A DNA stretch of 32,000 bases from an uncultured Methanobacteriaceae archaeon (lineage in GTDB: Archaea; Methanobacteriota; Methanobacteria; Methanobacteriales; Methanobacteriaceae). Positions 10,945 to 20,207 of the stretch are shown here, piece after piece (position 1 is the first letter of the stretch; every line of letters starts with the position of its first letter). The stretch spans positions 733,983 to 765,982 of the forward strand of contig CAVXVI010000001.1 of assembly GCA_963765255.1 (NCBI GenBank). The letters are read 5' to 3'. The notes under the pieces are model-generated. The model saw only the letters and a program-made list of their open reading frames with translations. It searched no databases and was not told the origin of the DNA. The position numbers were made by a program, and so were the translations under genes.

Positions 10945-11038
10945 ATTATTCATTTTTGATTTAAATAATAATATCATATGATATATATTTTTAAATATTT
11001 TTTTTAATAATAAAATAACAAAATTAATTATTTAAGTT

Positions 11039-11096
11039 AGCCTCAGATCGCCCATCAGTCATCATGAATCAGAGCTCATAGGGTTCATCACAGGCT
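11039..11096 (-). ncRNA. Candidate archaeal C/D box guide sRNA (sno-like RNA)
   Basis: Minus strand 5'-AGCCT GTGATGA ACCCTATGAGCT CTGA TTC ATGATGA CTGATGGGCGAT CTGA GGCT-3'. C box 11085-11091, D' 11069-11072, C' 11059-11065, D 11043-11046, two 12-nt guides and a 4-bp AGCC/GGCT terminal stem. Confidence 0.88.
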
Positions 11097-11147
11097 TAAA
11101 AAAAAATAAGCTAATAATTAATAAAAAAAATAAATAGAGGGTCGTTA

Positions 11148-12380
11148 TTATCCGAACATCACTCCAGCTTCTTTCCTCATCTCTTCATCGTGTTCCATGC
11201 CAACTATTTTATCAACAGCGTCCATGAAATCGTTCATTGTAACAGTAGATCTTTCTTCCCTTATTGCAAACATACCCGATTCAGTACATATTGCTTTTAG
11301 ATCAGCACCTGATGCTCCTTCTGAAAGTGATGCAATATGTCTTATATCAACATCTTCATCCAAAGTCATCTTCTTAGTATGGATCTTTAATATTTCATTC
11401 CTACCATCTTCATTTGGAATTGGAACTTCAATGAATCTGTCGAAACGTCCAGGTCTTAACAGGGCAGGGTCAAGTATGTCAGGTCTGTTAGTTGCTGCAA
11501 CAATTCCCACATCACCTCTACCTTCAAAACCATCCATTTCAGCGAGTAACTGCATAAGTGTTCTCTGAACTTCCCTATCTCCACTGGTAGAACTTTTGAG
11601 TCTTTTAGCTGCTATGGCATCGATTTCGTCTATGAATATTATACTTGGGGATTTCTCCTTAGCAAGTTCAAAAACACCTCGAACAAGTCTTGCACCTTCA
11701 CCTATATATTTTTTAACGAATTCAGATGCAACTATCTTTATAAAAGTTGCATTTGTTTCGTGTGCAACTGCTTTTGCAAGTAGGGTTTTTCCAGTTCCTG
11801 GAGGGCCGTAAAGTAATACTCCTTTAGGAGGTTCTATACCTATGTTGATGAACAGTTCCGGTTTTTTGAGTGGTAGTTCTACAGTTTCTTTTATCTCAAC
11901 TACCTGTTCTTCCAATCCGCCAATCTGTTCATATGCAATATCTGGTTTTTCCTCTACTTCCATACCTGTTACAAGAGGGTCTTTTTCTGAAGGCAGAACA
12001 TGTACTATGCTGAATGTCTGCTGGTTAAGTGCCACACGAACTCCTGGTTCAAGTGACTTTTCATCTAAGAATCGTGAATATCCAATTACAAAATTAGGGC
12101 CTGTGCTACTTTTCACAACTACCCTGCCATCATCTAAAACTTCAGTTACTGTGGCAATTACTAATGGTGGCGATCTGAACCTTTCAATCTCTCCGCGAAG
12201 AGATTTAACTTCCCTGTCCAGCCTCATTTTCTCGTTTTCGATCAGGACTTTATCCTTTTCGAGCTTCCTAACTTTCCACATTAGGTTACGTTTGGTTTTA
12301 GTGTTGTCCTCTTTTAGGATTTTTATCTCCGTTTTAAGGTCTTCAATCTTTTTTAATACATTTGGGGACATGTTTTCCAT
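11148..12380 (-). CDS. pan: Proteasome-activating nucleotidase
   Basis: 410 aa; N-terminal coiled coil, OB region, [27 protein letters not shown], second region of homology, C-terminal ...AGVMFG. Confidence 0.97.
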   Translation of the reverse strand: MENMSPNVLKKIEDLKTEIKILKEDNTKTKRNLMWKVRKLEKDKVLIENEKMRLDREVKSLRGEIERFRSPPLVIATVTEVLDDGRVVVKSSTGPNFVIGYSRFLDEKSLEPGVRVALNQQTFSIVHVLPSEKDPLVTGMEVEEKPDIAYEQIGGLEEQVVEIKETVELPLKKPELFINIGIEPPKGVLLYGPPGTGKTLLAKAVAHETNATFIKIVASEFVKKYIGEGARLVRGVFELAKEKSPSIIFIDEIDAIAAKRLKSSTSGDREVQRTLMQLLAEMDGFEGRGDVGIVAATNRPDILDPALLRPGRFDRFIEVPIPNEDGRNEILKIHTKKMTLDEDVDIRHIASLSEGASGADLKAICTESGMFAIREERSTVTMNDFMDAVDKIVGMEHDEEMRKEAGVMFG

Positions 12381-12520
12381 GATCCTCGCTCACTCCTAAC
12401 TTTTATAAAAAAAAATAATACTCTAAGACTTAATATTATTTACACAATTTATTGTTCTTAATAATATTTAAATATAGGGGTATAGATTATATAATGATTA
12501 CAAATGCAAAGTGATTACTC

Positions 12521-12994
12521 ATGAGATGCGAGATATGTGGAAAAAAAATAGTAGAAGAACCAATAAAAACTAAAGTAGATGGTTCAATCATGCTTACGTG
12601 TAAAGATTGCTCAAAATTTGGTAAAGTACAAAGAGAAGCACCTAAACCAAAAAGACCTGGAGCACCAAGGGGTGGGACTCCTAGGAGAATACAAAGACCA
12701 AAAGAACCGGCCGAAGAAGTTGTAGAAAATGTTAAGGATATAGTTAGACAGGCAAGAGAAAGGAAAGGATGGTCTCGCGAAGAACTTGGAGAAAAGATCT
12801 ATGAGAAAGCTTCAGTTGTAAGTAGAATAGAGTCAGGAAAAATGGTTCCTGATCTCAAACTCGCTAGAAAGATCGAAAAATTGATGAACGTAGTATTAAT
12901 TGAGAAAAATGAAGACGTGTCTGCGGATGGATTAGGACATTCTAAAGTTAGAGGAGCAACTATTGGAGATATTGCCCAAATAAAAAAGAATTAA
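12521..12994 (+). CDS. Archaeal multiprotein bridging factor aMBF1-like: zinc ribbon plus HTH
   Basis: 157 aa; CEICGKKI...LTCKDC zinc ribbon and QARERKGWSREELGEKIYEKASVVSRIESGKMVPDLKLARKIEKLMNV HTH. Confidence 0.92.
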   Translation: MRCEICGKKIVEEPIKTKVDGSIMLTCKDCSKFGKVQREAPKPKRPGAPRGGTPRRIQRPKEPAEEVVENVKDIVRQARERKGWSREELGEKIYEKASVVSRIESGKMVPDLKLARKIEKLMNVVLIEKNEDVSADGLGHSKVRGATIGDIAQIKKN

Positions 12995-13126
12995 TTTGCA
13001 TATTATTTATTGGGTTGAAAGATTAATTCAGCTAAATATTTTTTTTTAATTTCATTAAATTACTTAATAAAATATAAAAAATAATTAATTTCAATTTTTT
13101 TATATTAATTTTTAACATAATAACAC

Positions 13127-13501
13127 TTATTTATTTGATTTTTTGTTCGGTTTATCTTTATGAGAATAGTAACCCTTTAAATATGTAAGTCCATGAAATG
13201 TTTCTTCCAACGACTTAAATTCACCATACTCTTCACTGATAACTATAACATGTGCTGGTGGGTGTATCTTCCTGATGTGGACAATACTTTTAGTTGTATC
13301 ATCTTCAACACGGACAAGCACGGCTATATCTGATTTTGATCTTACTTCTTGTCTAAGAATCTTACTTGCAATTTCGTCAGCTTTTCTTGAGTTTATTATT
13401 CTAGGTTTACCAGCGACTTTCAGTCCAGCATGTCGTTCAATGTCTGCTAAAGTATTCAAAAGTTTGCCTTGATCTTCAGCACGTATTAAAATTAAAGCCA
13501 T
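13127..13501 (-). CDS. DUF356 family protein
   Basis: 124 aa with the IHPPAH motif (VHIRKIHPPAHVIVISEEY), which I recall as the hallmark of DUF356. Confidence 0.82.
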   Translation of the reverse strand: MALILIRAEDQGKLLNTLADIERHAGLKVAGKPRIINSRKADEIASKILRQEVRSKSDIAVLVRVEDDTTKSIVHIRKIHPPAHVIVISEEYGEFKSLEETFHGLTYLKGYYSHKDKPNKKSNK

Positions 13502-13619
13502 ATTTTTACTCCTTCTAATAAATTAGATATTGATAATAAAAATTTAATATTTAATAAAATAGTTAAAAAGGAATATAATGTATCCATCTATTCCTAATTA
13601 TTAAATTATTCTATTTCAA

Positions 13620-14882
13620 TCATTTCTTTTTGAGGAATGATGATATTAATGTACTTCTAAAGAGAACTAGAATAACTAGTATCAATCCTATTGCTGTTTG
13701 TACATTACCTAAATTGCTCAAATCAGATGAACTTATTGGTAAATTCCATGAAGGAGAGGATTTATTGCCTTGTAGTGGCGTATAGTATACTCCAACTGCT
13801 CTTTGGTTTTCCTTTACATTAATGTCCATAGGTTCTACGTGGTTAACACCTACCAATAGCCCGCTTCCTATAGCTTTATTAATTGAATTAGCTATTGATG
13901 TTGAGCTATAACCATATTTTTCAGTTGATGCTTGTACAATTTCTTGGGTTGTTTCATAAATTCCCGGTGCATCGGTTCCATAAACAGATACAGCTGTTGA
14001 GTTTGTAGTTACTGTGATCGCACTTCGTAGAGCTTCAGTTGCTGTTACTGTAGTTAATGGGGTGCCATCAATAGGACTTGTTTGATAGTTAGCAGCTTCT
14101 GGGAAACCAATACTCCATCCGTTTGGACTTATTTTACTGTAATTTTCATCCATGGGAAATCCAGTTGTATTATAAGCTGTAGGTGTAAACATGTCTCCTG
14201 TTGTTATTCCAGAAACAAGGTTAATTGCTCCTCCTCCATGTTTTTCACCAGCATTTACGGCCACATTTTGAAAAGCAGCTGCAACAACATCTGTTGCAGG
14301 ATAACCGTCCCTTATCATCTCTCCCATTAGTTCAGCTGTTTGAAGACGAACAGCATCTGCTGTACCGTATTGGGGATTACCCGGAGTATTTCTGAGGTGG
14401 ATTATTGCACCACGATCTCCAGGGGGAAGGACTGCCAGACCTCCATCATACGGTGTTATAGTTATTGTACCGTTATTAGAAACAATTATAACATATGCTA
14501 AGAAATAACCTCCCACTGCAGCGCCGATTGTTGGTCCGCCATCCATAACTCTTATTCCTGAAAATCCATTAGCTAAAGTTGCTGCCTGAGCAGCGGTACC
14601 GCCATTTTCAAGACTATTTACTGATGAAACTATGGCACCAAGTCTTGGTGTCTCATTACCTTCACCACCAGACAGTACTGCGAAATGTTTATCCTTTGAC
14701 ATTATAAAAGTCGATTGGAACATATTTTCAGCCCAAGATTGACTTCCTGCAGCTGCACCGTTAGGATCTTTACCTGTTGGATCTGTTATCACTATAACGT
14801 TCATGGTTGCTGATGCGGTGTTTACAACCATTGAGAAAGTTATAAAAAATAAAACAAATCTCATTAAATTTACTCTCTTCAT
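13620..14882 (-). CDS. Exported protein of unknown function with C-terminal membrane anchor
   Basis: 420 aa; N-terminal hydrophobic signal (MRFVLFFITFSMVVNTASA), long Gly/Thr/Asn-rich extracytoplasmic region, C-terminal AIGLILVILVLFRSTLISSFLKKK anchor. Confidence 0.85.
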   Translation of the reverse strand: MKRVNLMRFVLFFITFSMVVNTASATMNVIVITDPTGKDPNGAAAGSQSWAENMFQSTFIMSKDKHFAVLSGGEGNETPRLGAIVSSVNSLENGGTAAQAATLANGFSGIRVMDGGPTIGAAVGGYFLAYVIIVSNNGTITITPYDGGLAVLPPGDRGAIIHLRNTPGNPQYGTADAVRLQTAELMGEMIRDGYPATDVVAAAFQNVAVNAGEKHGGGAINLVSGITTGDMFTPTAYNTTGFPMDENYSKISPNGWSIGFPEAANYQTSPIDGTPLTTVTATEALRSAITVTTNSTAVSVYGTDAPGIYETTQEIVQASTEKYGYSSTSIANSINKAIGSGLLVGVNHVEPMDINVKENQRAVGVYYTPLQGNKSSPSWNLPISSSDLSNLGNVQTAIGLILVILVLFRSTLISSFLKKK

Positions 14883-14892
14883 AATTTAGCCC

Positions 14893-15336
14893 CTAATATG
14901 TTCCATTCAGCCCTTTAATTTGGATGTTTGAAAAGTCTTCAACAACATTAACAGTAACTATTCCTGTTTGATTATCGACTTGAACATTTGCTGCATCTAT
15001 CGGAGTTATCTGTGTACCTGGGATGGTAGTTAACAAAACAGCCTGTTGTGCATTACTTATGGCTTCATTTAACGGAACCATACGTTTAGTCGTAACTAGT
15101 GTGTCTCCCTGTATGTAGCTTCCGGATCTAAATCCAACATTAGCTAAACTAGCTTTAATTGAATCTAACGGTACTATATCGTTACCGTGAACTATCACTC
15201 CGGATATTTCGACTCCGTGATTTCCTACATCTGTGGATGATGCATAGGACATATAAGTCATGACTCTTCCTGAAAAAATAAGCATGAAGGCCAGTAATAA
15301 AATAATTAATGTATCTCTCCTAATTTTTATGAACAT
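14893..15336 (-). CDS. Single-pass membrane protein of unknown function (start revised from 15366)
   Basis: 147 aa from ATG 15336 (MFIKIRRDTLIILLLAFMLIFSG...), with AAAGGTGA Shine-Dalgarno just upstream. The track's GTG at 15366 would translate the Shine-Dalgarno and a palindrome. Confidence 0.82.
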   Translation of the reverse strand: MFIKIRRDTLIILLLAFMLIFSGRVMTYMSYASSTDVGNHGVEISGVIVHGNDIVPLDSIKASLANVGFRSGSYIQGDTLVTTKRMVPLNEAISNAQQAVLLTTIPGTQITPIDAANVQVDNQTGIVTVNVVEDFSNIQIKGLNGTY

Positions 15337-15348
15337 TCTTTCACCTTT

Positions 15349-15367
15349 AGTGCATTGACTTTGCACT
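15349..15367. promoter_or_regulatory. Palindrome at predicted transcription start: candidate operator
   Basis: AGTGCA-ttgactt-TGCACT, with a TATA-like TTTATAAAT at about 15374-15383 on the minus strand and the Shine-Dalgarno immediately downstream. Confidence 0.5.
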
Positions 15368-15502
15368 TATAATATTTATAAATTTATTATTTTTACGAAA
15401 TTTTAAAATTAATTGATCTTATCTTTATTGATTAATCTTAATTGTTATAATAGTATGTAAAGTAATAACATAATATGATACTGCCTAAAAACTTTGACAA
15501 TT

Positions 15503-17023
15503 TTATATATCTTTCAATTTGAGAATATTTTCTTTGTATTTGAATGCAGCTTCTCCTAAACAGATTAAAGCATCACTTTTACATTTTAATCCTATTTTAA
15601 CTCCTGCTAACACTTGATCAGAACTTGCTCCAAGCGTGCCTTTTTGGAATTTTTCTGAAGACATGTTAGTAAGTAAGATCTTCCCACTAGAAATATGTTT
15701 ACCATGTTTTTCAGCAGCCTTGCGTGAAGCGAACGATGCGGGGATAATAAAATCTCCGTATTCAATGACATTTTGTAATATTTCCATATCTCCCAATTCT
15801 CCAGATTCTGATGAAACAGTAATAACTACAGTGATGTTATTGTAAACCTTTTTTAACTCCCTAAGAACTGTTTCGATTCCCGCAGGATTATGACCGTAGT
15901 CGAGAATAACATCCATTCCATTGTTATCATACAAGTGTTCAATCCTACCCGGAACACCTTTAAAACTTTTTATAGAAGATAATATTTCATGAATTGGTAT
16001 TTTAAAGAATTCTCTTGCAGCTGCTATTGCTCCAATAGAATTGTAAACATTATGTAGTCCTATTAATTGCATCTCAACTTCTACATCTCCTTCTGGGGTT
16101 TGCAGAGTATAATTTCCATTTGCTTCATCTATATTTTTAGCTAGATAATTTGGTATTGGTCTATTTATTCCGCATTCACAACTGTACTTTCCTGAACCTG
16201 TAATAGTTTCATTTATAATAATCTCTCTTCCACACCAGCATGGCTTTTTACCAATTACTTCAGATGGAGCATCAACACCGAAGGTAATAACTAAACTTTC
16301 CGGGTTTAGCATTCCAAATATAGTAGGATCATCTGAGTTAACAATTAATAATTTGTTTTTGAAGTATTCTATGAATTCCCCTTTAATACCCGCGTAACTT
16401 ATAAAATCAAGGTTTTCATCAAGATGATCAGGGTTTATATTTGTTACAACTCCACACTCTGGTTCGCTACGTTCAACCATTAGTTTAAGATCCCCAACTT
16501 TTCCAAACGTACCTGTTTCAAGAACAGCCACATCTCCACTTAGTCTGGCTTGTAAAGGAGGTATATAGTCAATATTTCCCTGTAAATTCCTAAAACCATG
16601 TTCTGTAGGTTCTAAACCACATTTTCGGCATATATGTTTCAGTAGTGTAGTAGTAGTCGTTTTACCGTTAGTTCCAGTAATACATAATACTGGTTTTTTG
16701 GGCTTAAAACGTTCTAATATGTCCGTTACCGATAAAATATCTTTTTTATATCTTTTAATTTGGTTAAAAAACTCAGATGTTTCCATTAAACTTGGGGGTG
16801 TCACGATATAAGTGGATCTATTAAAAAATGATTCAGGATGTTCTGATAAATCTAATGGTATTTTATAATCGGTTAATGTGTAAAGATAATCGCATTCTTC
16901 CTTTTTATGTAAATCTGTTCCTATTACAGAATAACCACGGTCCATTAACATCCTTGCAATGAGATTTGATACGATTCCACAGATTCCTATTACTCCATAA
17001 ATTTCCGGATTTTCATTATTCAT
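15503..17023 (-). CDS. Mur ligase family protein, putative pseudomurein peptide ligase
   Basis: 506 aa; [18 protein letters not shown] Walker [49 protein letters not shown]; Cys-rich insert CWCG...CECG. Confidence 0.92.
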   Translation of the reverse strand: MNNENPEIYGVIGICGIVSNLIARMLMDRGYSVIGTDLHKKEECDYLYTLTDYKIPLDLSEHPESFFNRSTYIVTPPSLMETSEFFNQIKRYKKDILSVTDILERFKPKKPVLCITGTNGKTTTTTLLKHICRKCGLEPTEHGFRNLQGNIDYIPPLQARLSGDVAVLETGTFGKVGDLKLMVERSEPECGVVTNINPDHLDENLDFISYAGIKGEFIEYFKNKLLIVNSDDPTIFGMLNPESLVITFGVDAPSEVIGKKPCWCGREIIINETITGSGKYSCECGINRPIPNYLAKNIDEANGNYTLQTPEGDVEVEMQLIGLHNVYNSIGAIAAAREFFKIPIHEILSSIKSFKGVPGRIEHLYDNNGMDVILDYGHNPAGIETVLRELKKVYNNITVVITVSSESGELGDMEILQNVIEYGDFIIPASFASRKAAEKHGKHISSGKILLTNMSSEKFQKGTLGASSDQVLAGVKIGLKCKSDALICLGEAAFKYKENILKLKDI

Positions 17024-18422
17024 ATTTTTTACAACCTTCTCTGATACCGGACATCATTTTGGTTTTAACATCTTCATAATTAGTAATGGCTCCAGGACCA
17101 ACATGTAATATAATAGATCCTGAATGGGAATGTTTAATAGATAATTCTCCCGCTGTGATCATGTCTTCAACAGGAATTTTAATTGCTGATGATTTTCCTG
17201 CTCCTTGGATTACTTCATTTGCAGCTTCAATATTGAATTTTTTAGTTGTTTCATTATACCCACTACAAATTATTACATTAGCGTATTCTCCGACAACTTC
17301 TCCCACTTTATACTTATCTCGAGGATTTGTACTATCTGGATTGTCTATAATAACAATTAATTCTTGGTTTTGAAAAATTTCAAGTGTTTTAACAAGGCCT
17401 TCAGGAACAAATGCAGCATCAAAATGAACTTCTCTGCCCTTAAAATTTCCGATATATTCCATGTGACCTGCAATTCCTTTAAAACTTTTTAAACCTTTAA
17501 TTATAGAATTTTCGTCCAATCCATACGCAAGTGCTGCAGCAGTAGCTGCAATAGAGTTTTCAGAATAATATCCCAGTAATTTGAAAGATGTTTCAAAATG
17601 ACCCTTGATATTTAAATTGGGTATATCGTACGTTATATCGAATATCCCATCCTTTAATTTCCCATTAACATCACATTTATTATTTTCTTGACAATAAAAG
17701 ATTGTGTCATCCCTTAAATTTTCAAGATAATTGGTACACTGTATACCCGAAACCAAAATTTTACTAGAATCTGCTATAAAAAGTTTACGTGCAACATATT
17801 TCTCCATGGAATATTCAAATTCATCCAGATGATCAGGATAAATATTGGTAATTATTCCGACATTTAAATCAACTTTTGACATGAGCCTTGAAGTTCCATG
17901 GGGAAGCTCAATAACGGCTATATTGTTTATCTTGTGGAGACCATTTACAATCCCATCTACAATAACCTCACTAAGAAGATTTCCCATTCTTGATGAACAA
18001 GTCCATACTTTGTAACCATCATTCTGAAATATATTTGACAAGATATGAGTGGTGCTGGTCTTTCCAAGCGTTCCTGTAATCCCTATTATATCTAATTCCA
18101 ATAGATTGTTTATGACTGTTGAAACATAATCATTGTCTAATATTTCAACTTCTTTATCATTCAATAACTTCCTGATTGGAGAATTTTCAGGTACTGTGGG
18201 TGAAATATAAGCATAATCTACCTTTTCAATACCTAAAGATGCATCTGAACCCAACATCAGTTCTACACCTTCTTCTTCCATTATTTTGAGAGTTTTCTGC
18301 ACCTCTGGTTGAAATTCTTCAAGAACTTTTCTATCAGTTATAATTACTTGATTTCCTGCATGATTAAGGATTCTTCCAGCTGGACGTCCGGCGTTACCTG
18401 CTCCTATTATTATACATTTCAT
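17016..18422 (-). CDS. Mur ligase family protein (MurD-like), putative pseudomurein peptide ligase
   Basis: 468 aa; Rossmann N-terminus [55 protein letters not shown]. Overlaps the next gene by 8 nt. Confidence 0.92.
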   Translation of the reverse strand: MKCIIIGAGNAGRPAGRILNHAGNQVIITDRKVLEEFQPEVQKTLKIMEEEGVELMLGSDASLGIEKVDYAYISPTVPENSPIRKLLNDKEVEILDNDYVSTVINNLLELDIIGITGTLGKTSTTHILSNIFQNDGYKVWTCSSRMGNLLSEVIVDGIVNGLHKINNIAVIELPHGTSRLMSKVDLNVGIITNIYPDHLDEFEYSMEKYVARKLFIADSSKILVSGIQCTNYLENLRDDTIFYCQENNKCDVNGKLKDGIFDITYDIPNLNIKGHFETSFKLLGYYSENSIAATAAALAYGLDENSIIKGLKSFKGIAGHMEYIGNFKGREVHFDAAFVPEGLVKTLEIFQNQELIVIIDNPDSTNPRDKYKVGEVVGEYANVIICSGYNETTKKFNIEAANEVIQGAGKSSAIKIPVEDMITAGELSIKHSHSGSIILHVGPGAITNYEDVKTKMMSGIREGCKKYE

Positions 18423-18666
18423 AATTAATTTCCCTCAAAGAATTTAGTTAAGACTACTCAACAATCTTTAAAACATGATTAAAATTAAATTTATTCACAT
18501 TAATTTATTTATTATTTGTCATAATTTCGATTTTATATATGTTCGTTATGAATTAAATGGATATTCTTTACAACTTATTTATTTGCCATTTATACAAAGA
18601 TTTTAGAAAAAATAGTAATTATAATATTAAATAACTAAAAAGAAACATTAGAGACAGAAAAATCTG

Positions 18667-20184
18667 TTAGTGATTATTTGTATCTAAATTTTTATTTATT
18701 TTCGATATAATTTTGCTTGCAGGATCCATTCCCTGAGCACCTATAAGTAATACAGTGTCGGCTTTTTTTGCAGATTTTAAGGTATATTCCAGTGCAGGAT
18801 ATAAATTTTCAAGATACACACATTCCAATTGGTTTTCCATTAAAGTTTGTAGTACAATATCCATTTCAGTTTGTTTTACAGTGTTGGCACTGTCAACGGC
18901 TTCGGCACTACTTGTCACTATAATACTATGATCTAAACCTTTTAGCCCATTCACAAGTGCTTTGGAATTTAAATCATTTATTGTAGATCCTCTTGAGCCT
19001 CGGATTGCAAATACAACATAGAGGGTTCCTTTACATATCTTAGCAGCACTTCGTATAGTGGCTACTATTCCATCAGGATTGTGAGCAAAGTCATCTATTA
19101 TCAATGGATTTTTACCCAATATGCTGAATCTTCTTTCAAGCTGTTTATAAGAAGATATTCCCTGTTTAATCACTTTCTTATTAATATTTAAAGCTAAACA
19201 AGCATCTATTGCTGCCATGGTATTTTGAAGGAAGTGTTTACTATTAAATGGAAGTTCATCTGTTTTCAGAAATAAGTCGGAGTAGAGATAAATACCATCC
19301 AATTTTAATGTTATATTCTGATAATTAGAACCATTCTCAATACTTCCATGAGATAAAAGATTAATAACATCTCTTTTTTGTATGATCTCTCCCATTTTCA
19401 GAAGCAAAGGATCATCAGAATTTAGAATAGCATATCTTTTTTTTAAATCATTTTTTTCAAATTCAATACTATGTTCTGATATGTTAGATATAGCTTCTAA
19501 AGATCCAAATATCTCATTAAATGTTTCTTCAATAGAATTAACCAGACCTATATGATCCAAACCCACATTTGTGATTACTAATACATTAGGATCTATTGCT
19601 GAAGTCATTAAGTACGCATGATTTTCCATGAGTTTGTCTAACCATCCTTGTACTTCTGAAACTTCTATAACCATAGCTTGAATTGGTTTATTATTAATAT
19701 TTTCGAAATCAGCAATTTGTACTGCCACAACCGGGTCGATTAATGTATTAAATTCGGATTTAGCATCTGTATTAGTATAAGTGTTGTAACCAGCTAAAGT
19801 TAATATCTTGTAGATCATATGTGCTGTTGTTGATTTACCATTCGTACCAGTTACCACCACACGTAAAGATTCTTTAGCAAAAGTTTCAACTGCCCATTTG
19901 AGAGCAAATGCATTGGCAAATTCGATTTTAGGCGTAATTATCAGGGGTAAATTGAGTTTTTTTGATGTTTCAATGGCTTCTGAAGTTGGATTTTGTGTGA
20001 TGATACAAGAAACTTTTTTTTGTGATGCTATGGTAATACCTTTCTCATCAATCCAGTGCCTTATCACAACATCCCCAGGCCTTGCACGATTTAAAAAAGT
20101 GAAGATACCTTTAACAGGTTTTATGTCTCCTATTAAATCCCCCTTAACTTTTTGGGCCAAATAAGATGTAGTAATTTCATTCAT
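18667..20184 (-). CDS. Mur ligase family protein (MurE/MurF-like), putative pseudomurein peptide ligase (start revised from 20265)
   Basis: 505 aa from ATG 20184 (MNEITTSYLAQKVKGDLIGD); VVVTGTNGKSTTAHMIYK, VTNVGLDHIGL, RRFSILGKNPLIIDDFAHNPDGI. AAGGGAT Shine-Dalgarno-like upstream; the track start at 20265 would overlap the preceding gene. Confidence 0.9.
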   Translation of the reverse strand: MNEITTSYLAQKVKGDLIGDIKPVKGIFTFLNRARPGDVVIRHWIDEKGITIASQKKVSCIITQNPTSEAIETSKKLNLPLIITPKIEFANAFALKWAVETFAKESLRVVVTGTNGKSTTAHMIYKILTLAGYNTYTNTDAKSEFNTLIDPVVAVQIADFENINNKPIQAMVIEVSEVQGWLDKLMENHAYLMTSAIDPNVLVITNVGLDHIGLVNSIEETFNEIFGSLEAISNISEHSIEFEKNDLKKRYAILNSDDPLLLKMGEIIQKRDVINLLSHGSIENGSNYQNITLKLDGIYLYSDLFLKTDELPFNSKHFLQNTMAAIDACLALNINKKVIKQGISSYKQLERRFSILGKNPLIIDDFAHNPDGIVATIRSAAKICKGTLYVVFAIRGSRGSTINDLNSKALVNGLKGLDHSIIVTSSAEAVDSANTVKQTEMDIVLQTLMENQLECVYLENLYPALEYTLKSAKKADTVLLIGAQGMDPASKIISKINKNLDTNNH

Positions 20185-20207
20185 ATTTATATCCCTTTGA
20201 TAAATAA

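Noticed and set aside
11197-12399. Plus-strand ORFs of 123, 71 and 185 aa within the PAN region
   Set aside because: Complement of conserved AAA+ motifs (for example VFPVPGGP is the reverse of the GPPGTGKT codons).
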